A stretch of DNA of 64,000 nucleotides from a virus, in the IMG/VR virus record IMGVR_UViG_3300023179_000012; one strand, written 5' to 3'. The stretch's first letter is position 1, and every line of letters starts with the position of its first letter. A model generated the notes under the pieces. The model ran no database searches and was not told where the DNA came from. It saw only the letters and a list, made by a program, of their open reading frames with translations. Shown piece after piece: positions 1 through 9,382 of the stretch. The translations under genes were made by a program, and so were the position numbers.

Positions 1-188
1 GCACAAGTAGTACCAGTAGTACCAGCACAAGTAGTACCAGTAGTAGTAGTTCTAGCAGTTCTCCCACTAGTCAAAGTACTAGTTCAACAAGTACCTCAAG
101 TACCTCAACTTCGTCTACTAGTACGAGCAGTAGTTCTACTACAAGTAGTTCTAGTAATAGTTCATCTAGTAGTAGTAGTAGTCCTTAG
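1..188 (+). CDS. 3' end of an upstream ORF: Ser/Thr-rich low-complexity tail (partial)
   Basis: Frame starting at nt 3 reads TSSTSSTSTSSTSSSSSSSSPTSQSTSSTSTSSTSTSSTSTSSSSTTSSSSNSSSSSSSSP to TAG at 186-188. Near-perfect 24-bp tandem unit gcacaagtagtaccagtagtacca at 1-48. Confidence 0.8.
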   Translation, partial: TSSTSSTSTSSTSSSSSSSSPTSQSTSSTSTSSTSTSSTSTSSSSTTSSSSNSSSSSSSSP

Positions 189-199
189 TATAGGTTATT

Positions 200-1492
200 A
201 TGATTAGTTTAAAACTTACTAAAAATTTTCATAACCGTGATATGTGGGGAAGAAGACTCATTTATCATTTGTCTCAATCTAAAGATTGTAAAATGGAAAT
301 TCTTCCATTACCACGAATTAATGTTTTTAGAGGACATAAAAATTTTACACCATTAATATATAATGATATTGTATTTATTATAGATGATTGGGATCATGCT
401 ACGCCAACTATGTCTTTAATAGACAATCCAGACGCTTTACATCAATTTTATAAAGACAACACAACCGTTATATTAAAAATCCAATATTCACCAAGTCAAG
501 CTGGACTTTATCAAAAAGTTTATGATCAGCATGGTATATTAGTTTTGCCATTCACAATGTTTGCTAATAGAACATTTAACTTATCTGCTTTTGAATGGAA
601 ATCTTCTGATGAACATATTTATACTAGTATTTTTACTGGTAAACCATGGAACTGTAGAAGATCATGGTTGAATTTTGCAGAGGAGCATAAGGAGGAGATT
701 AAATGCTATCTTAATTTTGATTATACTGCTGGTGATGCTTCGACAAATCCTCCAAATGGTGATAATCCACGCTTTACAAATTTTTATGAATTGTTACAAA
801 AAACCAAGTGGGGAGTCATATTAAAAGGTAAAGGTGATGGCGGTAAAAATAGAAGAGAAGTAGAATTCGCTTCTTTAGGTATGCCATTAGCACTAAATTA
901 TACTCCACACTATCCATTCGAATTTGTTCCAGATCAAGATTATCTTCTGCTTAGAGAACCATCCGATTTATTAAAACTTAAGGATATTGATCCAGAACCT
1001 TTTGCGGCAAGATCAAAAGAAATTTATCATCAATATTTTTCTCCAGAAAATGGTATACTTAATAGTTTTAATATGGCATATGAAGTAGCTAAACAAACAT
1101 ATATTAATAGTAATCCAATTGATTATGTGTCAATACTACCAGATAAAGACATATTGACAATATCTGCAAAAAATGATTATTATTTTGGTGTTTTAAAAAC
1201 TGGTGAAAAACTCCACATCCAATATAAAAACGGCGCCTGGAAGTCATGGGGAGGGTCTGGTAGAGGCATGGTGAACCCAGATAATACCAACAATAGAGGT
1301 GGAGACAAAGCTAAATTAGCCATATTTCATACTGATAAATATAGCAAAAAAATATTGGGTATTGTGCCAGAAAATACTATTAATAATCCGTATATTTTTA
1401 CCGCAGATCAAGACTACGATATTAGCTTTGGTATGTGCGATAAGTCTAGACGCCCACGAGGAGAAGTCTCGTATATTATAAGACTATTGTAA
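200..1492 (+). CDS. Putative glycosyltransferase (GT-B C-lobe, GT47/CgeB-like) with C-terminal beta-sandwich domain
   Basis: WGVILKGKGDGGKNRREVEFASLGMPLALNY...FVPDQDYLL resembles the exostosin/CgeB C-terminal motif. Only plus-strand gene in the window. Confidence 0.45.
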   Translation: MISLKLTKNFHNRDMWGRRLIYHLSQSKDCKMEILPLPRINVFRGHKNFTPLIYNDIVFIIDDWDHATPTMSLIDNPDALHQFYKDNTTVILKIQYSPSQAGLYQKVYDQHGILVLPFTMFANRTFNLSAFEWKSSDEHIYTSIFTGKPWNCRRSWLNFAEEHKEEIKCYLNFDYTAGDASTNPPNGDNPRFTNFYELLQKTKWGVILKGKGDGGKNRREVEFASLGMPLALNYTPHYPFEFVPDQDYLLLREPSDLLKLKDIDPEPFAARSKEIYHQYFSPENGILNSFNMAYEVAKQTYINSNPIDYVSILPDKDILTISAKNDYYFGVLKTGEKLHIQYKNGAWKSWGGSGRGMVNPDNTNNRGGDKAKLAIFHTDKYSKKILGIVPENTINNPYIFTADQDYDISFGMCDKSRRPRGEVSYIIRLL

Positions 1493-3643
1493 TTTACAAT
1501 CTATTATTAGAGATGTATAAGATAGTTTTTCTTTTTTATTTCTTCTATCGTATCTAGAGCTTCTCTTAATATAACCGTCCTCAGCTGACCATTCTTTAAA
1601 ATGAAATTGTCCATTACTATCAAAATATTCTAGTAGTTCGCACTTAAATCCATAATCTTCAAATAATTTTGTTAACGAGATATGATCATATAAAAATTTG
1701 TGATCATCGGCCGACTTTCCTATACCACCAACCTTAACATTCTCTATATAAGTCTGGTTCGGATGAAAACCATCGGGAACAGCTATTCTAATAGATCCAT
1801 CGTCTTTAATAAAAGATTTTAAATTTGCAATAGCTAAATGTCTATCTTTATCCGAAAGATGCTCAAACACATGCTCTGCTAGTATTTTATCTACAGATTT
1901 TATATTAATATTATTCTTATTCCATGAGTCTGTGTTTGTAATATCTAATTCATTCTTATCGGTATTGATCCAACCCTCGTATCTTTTTCTACCACATCCT
2001 ATATGAAGTTTGATTTGGCTACCACTATTATTTAGTGTTTTGGAAATAACATCCTTTATTTGTTGGGGTGTTTTTTTATTAAATATACCAGTATACTTTT
2101 TAAAATTGTATCTTTTTATCGGCCTACCCAATCCTTCTGCAACATACCATAAATACGTATCTTGACTTGGCACAGGAAGTCTATCTCCAGCCAATTTAGC
2201 TGCTTCTTTAATAAATTCAGTAGAATGCAATTGAACAAAACTATTGGTTCTATTATGATAGTATCGTTTATGTTTAATATTGTTTTCATCTATATTATGA
2301 ACAAACCCTAGTCCTTTATTGCTGCTCCATTCATTTAGTTGACCTATCCATTGATATGGTTTTGTGTATTTCCATTTGTGTCCACAAATAGCATACTGAC
2401 TCATATCGTTTTGCAATATAGGTTTGGTATTAGTAGCATAAGCATCAGCATCTAATTTAAGCCAGTATTTAGTAGTAACATCACGAGCAGGACCAAATAC
2501 AAAACAACTTAACATCTTTTCTCTATGATTATCCACATTATGCATATCCCAGTGAATAATTTTCACATTTTTATATTGACGCAAGAAATTTAGTCTCGAA
2601 TCGTTATCCAAAAAACCGTTCACATAAACAATCATAGGAAACTGATTGATATTTTTATATTTTATCCACGTTGGGTATGTGAGCTTTAAACACTCCACAT
2701 ATTTCGGATCACAAGCTGTTACAACAGTGGTATTTTTATAGTTTGGTGCTTCGTTGTTGTATGTATTTGTTGTGGGATCAACTTCGTTTTTTATACCCAG
2801 TAATTGTGAACATTCGTTAACATACTCATTCCATCCATATTTAAACTGAAGAAATTTTCTTAAATTATTATCATTGTTTATATATTCTTGGATATTAGCA
2901 GCATCATTACTTTTTAATAACTCTATAAAAGCTTTAATCCAAAATTCTGCTAATTTAAATTTTCTACAGTGTTTTCTACCATGATAGTGAATTATCCTTT
3001 TATCACTTTGATTGATTCCGAATTTCACACTAACATTAAATTTTGATTCTAAAATTTTTACATTATATTTATGTAATAAAATTTGACAAGCTATTTCATC
3101 TGGTATATATAATTTTCCAGACTGACCCAACTTGGCTAATTCTAACCACTCTTCAAACATAACAGAATTTTTTGGAAAACTATAAATTCCAGTATTAACG
3201 GCTGGACCATAAGATAAAGCTTTTTCTAAAGTGTTTTGGGGTAGATATTTGGCGAACCCTTTGATTCTTCTAGATATGGCTCTACCATTAGACACCCAGT
3301 TACAGAATTGTGTAACACACAGATCATGCGTATCGATATCATTAAATAGTTCATCTACATCGCCCACAACCAATGTATCAGCATCAATAAAAACAGTTTT
3401 ATCATATGGTGATAGTTTAGATATAGCAATTTTTCTGACATAAGAATTGTCTAACTTTTCTGGATCAACATGAAATATATCAACATGATACTTATCTAAA
3501 AAATCTTGTAAATTACTAATATCAGCGTCTTCTAAGAATACAGTTATAGGTCCACTATAGTATTGTCGTAGACTCTTAATAGATACTATTAGTCTTACAA
3601 CACACGAAATGCCCCTGTTATAATAGATAACACCACTACTCAT
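1484..3643 (-). CDS. Tri-domain protein: GT8-like GT-A + second GT-A domain + class I SAM methyltransferase
   Basis: TVFIDADTLV (DxD) and IIHYHG; WLKLDADAY (DxD); KLHIGCG...WINTD...KILAEHVFEHL...GSIRIAVPD (Methyltransf_11-like). Confidence 0.75.
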   Translation of the reverse strand: MSSGVIYYNRGISCVVRLIVSIKSLRQYYSGPITVFLEDADISNLQDFLDKYHVDIFHVDPEKLDNSYVRKIAISKLSPYDKTVFIDADTLVVGDVDELFNDIDTHDLCVTQFCNWVSNGRAISRRIKGFAKYLPQNTLEKALSYGPAVNTGIYSFPKNSVMFEEWLELAKLGQSGKLYIPDEIACQILLHKYNVKILESKFNVSVKFGINQSDKRIIHYHGRKHCRKFKLAEFWIKAFIELLKSNDAANIQEYINNDNNLRKFLQFKYGWNEYVNECSQLLGIKNEVDPTTNTYNNEAPNYKNTTVVTACDPKYVECLKLTYPTWIKYKNINQFPMIVYVNGFLDNDSRLNFLRQYKNVKIIHWDMHNVDNHREKMLSCFVFGPARDVTTKYWLKLDADAYATNTKPILQNDMSQYAICGHKWKYTKPYQWIGQLNEWSSNKGLGFVHNIDENNIKHKRYYHNRTNSFVQLHSTEFIKEAAKLAGDRLPVPSQDTYLWYVAEGLGRPIKRYNFKKYTGIFNKKTPQQIKDVISKTLNNSGSQIKLHIGCGRKRYEGWINTDKNELDITNTDSWNKNNINIKSVDKILAEHVFEHLSDKDRHLAIANLKSFIKDDGSIRIAVPDGFHPNQTYIENVKVGGIGKSADDHKFLYDHISLTKLFEDYGFKCELLEYFDSNGQFHFKEWSAEDGYIKRSSRYDRRNKKEKLSYTSLIIDCKLQ

Positions 3644-3987
3644 ATTATAGTACCCTCGTCTTGTCTTATAATATCATTTTCATCAATACTATTAACATAA
3701 TAGATTTCTAATGCTTTAGTATCCTCCAAAGCGGTAAATCTGTGGTTTATACCATTTTTTATTTCTGTCATTTGTTCATCTATTAGTATAGTACTATCTA
3801 TTAAACCGCTATCATTCCATTTTTCCACCAAAAGACGACCACTTTGCACAAAAAAAATATTATTCTTATTTTGATGCATATGTTGTGAGCATCTACCACC
3901 CTTTTTAATATGAATAAAATTTATCTGAGTATTATCGTTTTTAAATAATAAGATATTTTCGCCCCATATTTTACCCTCTTTGTGCAT
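3640..3987 (-). CDS. Cupin-fold protein (sugar isomerase-like)
   Basis: KIWG...CSQHMH...FFVQSG...NHRFTALEDT; start reassigned to ATG at 3987. Confidence 0.7.
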   Translation of the reverse strand: MHKEGKIWGENILLFKNDNTQINFIHIKKGGRCSQHMHQNKNNIFFVQSGRLLVEKWNDSGLIDSTILIDEQMTEIKNGINHRFTALEDTKALEIYYVNSIDENDIIRQDEGTII

Positions 3988-4981
3988 CTTTGATTTCCCT
4001 CTTTTTCTTCTCTTTTTCAGCTTCTTTTTTAGCTTTAGCATTTCTATCGTACAATCCTTCTGTGCGTTCTCTAGACATATTTTTGGGCATATGAGCTATG
4101 GTTCTCATAAACGCTTCTTGAAATGGAACGTATGGAAATATTTTAAGATTAGAGTTTTCATTACAATTAAATACTTCCAAACCATGTTCTTCAAATACTG
4201 GCCTGAGTTCAGCAAATCTTTTGGTTAATTTAAAGTATGTGCCGTTGTTACCATTAATAGAAGAATTGCTTCTATCTTGTTTAAAATGATATTTTGAATC
4301 TTTAGACATATTGAAGTCGCACCCCAACAAATATATTTTTCTAACACCTAAATAATACAGCATTCTAATAGCGACCAACATTACGGATCGTCCTCCTCCC
4401 CAACTAGAATGATCTCCCCAATTAAAAGTATTTTCTGTTAAAAATTGTTCGGCTTGAAACTTTTCGTTTCTTCTATAATAGAAAATATTTGGACAATCAC
4501 CAACTTTAATATCTGTCATTTGCCATTTTTCATTATCAAATAATAATTTTTCCGCATGGTCTAAAGGCACAAATTTTTGAATATTAGGATCTAACCATAT
4601 GGATTTAATAAAATGAGATGGATCATCAACGCATGTCCAAAGATTGGTTCTAAATGTTTTGGGAGTATTATTAACAGACATTGTTAACATACCAGGATAT
4701 TTTAAACAATCTTTATTAGAGAGTAATTTATTGGGTGATACTTCAATTTTTTCTTTACTATTAATTAATTCTCCAAAACTTGGACCACTTAGAATTAGAA
4801 ATGCCGAACAACCTCTATAAATATCAGCCATCCATAAATTATGTCCATCTTGACTAAACAACATTGGTGGTGGATTTGTCATTTGACCAATATCTAAACC
4901 TATGTTTCTGCTTCTGCCGTGTCTTAATCCTCTAAAATCGTTTGTATCAATATGACTTGATTTTCTAATCTTTTTTTTCAT
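3971..4981 (-). CDS. DUF115/MAF_flag10 (GT42 sialyltransferase-like fold) protein
   Basis: AFLILSGPSF and SVMLVAIRMLYYLGVRKIYLLGCDF...YHF motifs. Confidence 0.6.
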   Translation of the reverse strand: MKKKIRKSSHIDTNDFRGLRHGRSRNIGLDIGQMTNPPPMLFSQDGHNLWMADIYRGCSAFLILSGPSFGELINSKEKIEVSPNKLLSNKDCLKYPGMLTMSVNNTPKTFRTNLWTCVDDPSHFIKSIWLDPNIQKFVPLDHAEKLLFDNEKWQMTDIKVGDCPNIFYYRRNEKFQAEQFLTENTFNWGDHSSWGGGRSVMLVAIRMLYYLGVRKIYLLGCDFNMSKDSKYHFKQDRSNSSINGNNGTYFKLTKRFAELRPVFEEHGLEVFNCNENSNLKIFPYVPFQEAFMRTIAHMPKNMSRERTEGLYDRNAKAKKEAEKEKKKREIKDAQRG

Positions 4982-4990
4982 AAAATATTC

Positions 4991-5557
4991 CTAAGATGTA
5001 GTTGTGTAGCCGCTACAATCACAACTTCCTGAATTTGCCACAGACACACTTATAGACAATGTTTCGTATTCTGAATTTTCACTAAACGAATAGGACCCAA
5101 CCCCTCCACCACAACACAAATTACCAGGTATAAAATAAGGAAATGGATAATATGTTCCAAATGTATAAATGGTTGTTGTTTCTGATCCGCATAGTATATA
5201 TAACGACACACTTCCTTCGCCACAAACGTTTTCAAAAACAACTCCATATGCATCACCAGTTGTGGCATCACCATTATAACAAACTATACCAGCCTGATTT
5301 AATAGTATTGACCCTGTGAATATTGTAAAATCTGGATCTCCAAAAGGTGGACAATATTTTAAATTCCATACATAGTCTATTTTATAACAATCATTACAAG
5401 CCTGATTACTGCTTAAACTATTAAAATAATAATCACTACCATTACTAGTAGAACTACTACTACTAGAAGAACTATTTTCACAGCAGCAGTTTCTAGAAGC
5501 TCCTAAAGATCCTCCAACTACAATTAATTTATTATTATGTAAATATAGCGGGGACAC
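4991..5557 (-). CDS. Cys-rich protein with CCC motif and poly-Ser run (putative virion/tail-associated)
   Basis: GTG start; LIVVGGSLGASRNCCCENSSSSSSSSTS; more than 10 Cys in 188 aa. Confidence 0.5.
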   Translation of the reverse strand: MSPLYLHNNKLIVVGGSLGASRNCCCENSSSSSSSSTSNGSDYYFNSLSSNQACNDCYKIDYVWNLKYCPPFGDPDFTIFTGSILLNQAGIVCYNGDATTGDAYGVVFENVCGEGSVSLYILCGSETTTIYTFGTYYPFPYFIPGNLCCGGGVGSYSFSENSEYETLSISVSVANSGSCDCSGYTTTS

Positions 5558-5562
5558 TTAGT

Positions 5563-5886
5563 TTATCCCTTGTTTTCCTTTTGCCATTTATGCCAACCTC
5601 TATTTGGAAGATAGTTGTTGTCATCGTCCTTGCGTTTTGGAAATAATGTTCCGCCCTTTTTGTGTTGTCCAAAACTTAATATACCACCACAATCACATCG
5701 TAATTCGTAGTAGTCGTTGTCTTCAACATTTCTAACAACAAATCTAATATTATCCTTATTACATAAACCACAGGTTTTTTCACCAAAAATTTCTTGTATT
5801 GTGGCTAGTTCTTTAAAAACTTCTTTTTGACCAGCCCCCTCAACTTCGAAGGATAATTTATCGCTAACCCTGTAGTTTAATTTCAT
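5563..5886 (-). CDS. Hypothetical Zn-binding protein
   Basis: CGLC...RCDCG motif. Confidence 0.55.
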   Translation of the reverse strand: MKLNYRVSDKLSFEVEGAGQKEVFKELATIQEIFGEKTCGLCNKDNIRFVVRNVEDNDYYELRCDCGGILSFGQHKKGGTLFPKRKDDDNNYLPNRGWHKWQKENKG

Positions 5887-5893
5887 AAGTCAC

Positions 5894-6649
5894 CTATTTC
5901 CAGTTTGTATCATATCCTCTAATATCTTCCGGTATTTTTGTAATATCCTGTTGATAAGACGATAAGAGTTTGCTAATTTCAATTGCGTGTGTATGCTCTA
6001 TATTATACACATTTTTATGATCATAGCCTAGACCTTCGACCATCTTACTAACATTTATATCTAATCTCTTACTAAGAACATCTATAAAATTAATCTGATT
6101 ATTTGTTATTTTAGACACCGTATCAGCATCAGGATGATCCTCAATATCTTTGGCCAATTCTTCAGCAGCCACAACTTTTCTAAGTTTCAGACCCTTTCTT
6201 AATGCTCGACCTTCGGCTCTTGTTTCTGCAACAGCAACCGGATGATTACGATACACTTTGTCGCAGTTGCCCCAATAAACGTCAGCAGCGCCTGTTACAG
6301 ACCTGTATTTAATGGGTTCTGGGATTGACTCATCATTTAAAAAGTAGTCGATTCTATAAACAACGGTTGCTCTCTTTTCGTTTTCTGGTGACGGAGCCTG
6401 AACAACATCTGTATTGATATGAAGAATTGTGCAGTCTAAGACCGATTCGAAAATGCGTCTTAAGCCGTCTGTTGTTGGATTACCATTTATCTTCTCGTCA
6501 TCATTTAATAATCCGAGCACATAATCTGTCCATCCGATCTCGTGTTGAGTTGGCTTATTATTAACCATATCATTTGTTGATTCAGTATCTGATGAACAAA
6601 TTGAGATGGCTTCTGTGCTTGTAGATTCCGCTTTCTTTGGTCTTGCCAT
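5894..6649 (-). CDS. Rad52/Sak-like single-strand annealing protein
   Basis: VVYRIDY...GAADVYW...VAETRAEGRALRKGLKL core and C-terminal ITNNQINFI segment typical of phage annealases. Confidence 0.5.
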   Translation of the reverse strand: MARPKKAESTSTEAISICSSDTESTNDMVNNKPTQHEIGWTDYVLGLLNDDEKINGNPTTDGLRRIFESVLDCTILHINTDVVQAPSPENEKRATVVYRIDYFLNDESIPEPIKYRSVTGAADVYWGNCDKVYRNHPVAVAETRAEGRALRKGLKLRKVVAAEELAKDIEDHPDADTVSKITNNQINFIDVLSKRLDINVSKMVEGLGYDHKNVYNIEHTHAIEISKLLSSYQQDITKIPEDIRGYDTNWK

Positions 6650-7443
6650 TATTTATCTCCTAGTTCTATAATCCTATTATCTTGATCGGGAAAATTATTT
6701 TTTATATTACTAATATGGACTAATAAATTATTTAGTATAATTCTAGCTCTAGATGGTGAAAAATCTCTAGACTGTCTTATTCTTATAATAACACATCCTT
6801 TGCCAAGCAAAAGGCCATTTTTTTTATTGTCATACTTGATATTTCTTTTTAAAGCATCGTCACCCCAAACTGGTAAATAGTGCGAAGGCCCATCAACCTC
6901 AATCGCTATATTAAATTCTGGCAAAAATAAATCAATTTGTAACTTAGTATTAAGCAGAGTCTGTTCTTTATGAAATTCTACTTTATAACCATTTGCTACC
7001 AAAGCACTTAATAAAAACTTTTCTAGTTTTGATCCTGTTTTGCTAGATGATCTAACAGCATTATTTGCCATTTTTATCATATTATCTTTTTCATTGTCAT
7101 CTAATTTATTCCATTGAGATCTAGCCTTGTCTTGTCTATCCTTCAATTCTTTCTCGCTTAAATTTTCCCAACTTTTCATCACAGATAAACCAATTTTATT
7201 TCTTGTTTCGTCTGATCTTTGTTTGCCTTTTGTTGGGTGTTTTGCTGATCCTGTTTGAATAGCATTTTTCTGAGCATCACTTTTGTCTCTAATTTTGATT
7301 TTAAATTTTATAGCATCTCTTCTAATTTTATTCGCATATGTTGAAAATTCATTAGCAATATCAGCAAAAGATTTTTTTTGCTGGATATATAAATTTTTTA
7401 GAAGTTGTTTTTTTTCTATATCATTTAATTCAGAATATTTCAT
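6649..7443 (-). CDS. Homing endonuclease-like protein: HTH + NUMOD3 + DUF559/Vsr nuclease
   Basis: KHPTKGKQRSDETRNKIG (NUMOD3); IDLFLPEFNIAIEVDGPSHY (DUF559/Vsr). Confidence 0.7.
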   Translation of the reverse strand: MKYSELNDIEKKQLLKNLYIQQKKSFADIANEFSTYANKIRRDAIKFKIKIRDKSDAQKNAIQTGSAKHPTKGKQRSDETRNKIGLSVMKSWENLSEKELKDRQDKARSQWNKLDDNEKDNMIKMANNAVRSSSKTGSKLEKFLLSALVANGYKVEFHKEQTLLNTKLQIDLFLPEFNIAIEVDGPSHYLPVWGDDALKRNIKYDNKKNGLLLGKGCVIIRIRQSRDFSPSRARIILNNLLVHISNIKNNFPDQDNRIIELGDK

Positions 7444-7444
7444 A

Positions 7445-7822
7445 TTATTTAATATCCGTTATTCTATCTATTACAGTAATATTATATGGACTATAATCAA
7501 AATCATCGTCTGGTTTTCTCATCACATAATATTTATTATTAGTAAATGTATTTAAAACCCAAAGATCTTCTGATCTATTGATGACTACATTGTGTTGTGC
7601 TGAACCTAAATACATAGTATGAAAAATAGGTATCAATATATTTACTGGTATTACCGAAATATCTGTATAAATAGCAAAATGATAATTAAACTCACAATCA
7701 TCCTTAATGATTTGATTCATTAGATCAATGAAAGCAAAATCTTTAAATAATTTATCATCTACTTTAGAGTAGTATAAACTAATATCTTTAACTGTTTTTT
7801 TTGACGAATTTATTGATTGCAT
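7445..7822 (-). CDS. Hypothetical protein (possibly a degenerate GT fragment)
   Basis: Packed, overlapping ORF within the glycan cluster; no catalytic motif seen. Confidence 0.45.
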   Translation of the reverse strand: MQSINSSKKTVKDISLYYSKVDDKLFKDFAFIDLMNQIIKDDCEFNYHFAIYTDISVIPVNILIPIFHTMYLGSAQHNVVINRSEDLWVLNTFTNNKYYVMRKPDDDFDYSPYNITVIDRITDIK

Positions 7823-8462
7823 TTTTTTGTCTCATATGATTAAAAAAGATGAAATGATCATTTATAAAAATTGGTTTCAACAACGACTCATAATATATTA
7901 ATAGGTTCAGTATTTCAAAGTACAAAAGATTATGTTTTTGAAAAACCTTATTACTATTGATTTTTTGCGAATCGGTTTTATTGATTGCAAATATATTACT
8001 AAACTTATTTTTTGGTAAATCCAGGAACATATGTTGAATATAGCCATTGTCTATGGTGCATCCAACATCCAGATTATTGTGATGACTAGAGTCTTTAACA
8101 CACACTATTTCGGATGTTTTAAAAGTTAGTTGATCTATGAGGCTTTTATTAAAAACACAGCCATAGTCAATAAAACAAAGGTTTTCTTGGGGGTGTTTGG
8201 AGCAGGCTATACTTATAGGGCTTTGGTTTTCTGATACAATAACATCTATTTTTGGATCAATTTCATTGATAGCCTTTTGTACTCTTTGATGATCGAACTC
8301 AACAATAACGGTGATTTTCTTAGATTTATGATTTTTTTTGATTGATGATATCTGAAATTCTAGCAATCTTTTTTGATCAAAATATAGTAAGCCTTTGGAT
8401 CCTGCTGATTTCATTCCCTTGTCAGGATAACACGCTAATATAACGTATCTCACATCATGCAT
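7788..8462 (-). CDS. Degenerate sugar nucleotidyltransferase-fold protein
   Basis: YVILACYPDKGMKSAGSKGLL aligns with the ILAAGxGxR...PKxLL signature but lacks the Gly loop and Arg. Confidence 0.5.
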   Translation of the reverse strand: MHDVRYVILACYPDKGMKSAGSKGLLYFDQKRLLEFQISSIKKNHKSKKITVIVEFDHQRVQKAINEIDPKIDVIVSENQSPISIACSKHPQENLCFIDYGCVFNKSLIDQLTFKTSEIVCVKDSSHHNNLDVGCTIDNGYIQHMFLDLPKNKFSNIFAINKTDSQKINSNKVFQKHNLLYFEILNLLIYYESLLKPIFINDHFIFFNHMRQKNAINKFVKKNS

Positions 8463-8910
8463 CTTTAGTACATTCTATATAGTATTGTATGTTATTTATA
8501 AATCTGTATTTATCAATTGATAAGCCTTTAGTTTGATCTATTATTTTTTTAATTTCAATAATATTATAGATATTCTTTTTGTCTACTAAAAACAACATAT
8601 TTTTAAGAATAGGTAAATTAATGTGATTTAGCGTCATGGCTAAACACAAACTATTCGCGTCATTAGACTGAATATATAGTTTACCGTTATCACACAACTT
8701 TGCTACTATCTCTTTTAATAGTATTAAGGCTTTATCGTCCTTAATATAGTCCAATAAATCACCAATAAAACACTCTTTGACAGATTTATTTTTTATTTTT
8801 TTGATCTTTTTAACATCCACAAACTCGAAACCATCAAGTGTGGAAGACGGCTCAAAGAAATGTAATAGTATGGATCTTGTGGCTATATTTTTAGACTGCA
8901 ATCTTGGCAT
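8455..8910 (-). CDS. Degenerate class I methyltransferase-fold protein
   Basis: SVKECFIGDLLDYI...LLKEIVAKLCDNGKLYI matches the post-SAM-motif region; the GxG motif is absent. Confidence 0.45.
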   Translation of the reverse strand: MPRLQSKNIATRSILLHFFEPSSTLDGFEFVDVKKIKKIKNKSVKECFIGDLLDYIKDDKALILLKEIVAKLCDNGKLYIQSNDANSLCLAMTLNHINLPILKNMLFLVDKKNIYNIIEIKKIIDQTKGLSIDKYRFINNIQYYIECTKDA

Positions 8911-9382
8911 TTGTATCTTCTTTCAAGATAAAATTTGATTTTAATAAATACAAAACAGCTTCTTTCCACTTCTTTATATTGGATGGACTAGCATTAACAT
9001 CAAGTATAGCGTCGTGAATTTTATCCCAGGATATGTAAATATCATCAGACAAAGCTATCTGTAACACTGGCTCAAATTCGGTATTAGTTATTACAGAATC
9101 ATTGATTAAACGACTTTTAATATCGTGATCAATAATTAATAAGGGGCAATGGAATTGTTTGCACCAATTCACACACTTGTCAAAATATAATAGTCTATTG
9201 TTACAAATAACCAAACCAATATCTATATTACCATAATATGTATTATCCATATTAATAAATCTAGATGGATTAAAAATATGAGATAAGAACTGTTGAAAGT
9301 ATACTGATTCGGCTGGGGTCCACAATATATCTAACGGGTCATTATTAGCATATAAGGCCCTATATATAATATTAGAGATCAT
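8891..9382 (-). CDS. Hypothetical protein, GT-B N-lobe-like fragment
   Basis: DIGLVICNNR...CPLLIIDHD pattern; sits beside two GT4 genes. Confidence 0.35.
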   Translation of the reverse strand: MISNIIYRALYANNDPLDILWTPAESVYFQQFLSHIFNPSRFINMDNTYYGNIDIGLVICNNRLLYFDKCVNWCKQFHCPLLIIDHDIKSRLINDSVITNTEFEPVLQIALSDDIYISWDKIHDAILDVNASPSNIKKWKEAVLYLLKSNFILKEDTNAKIAV

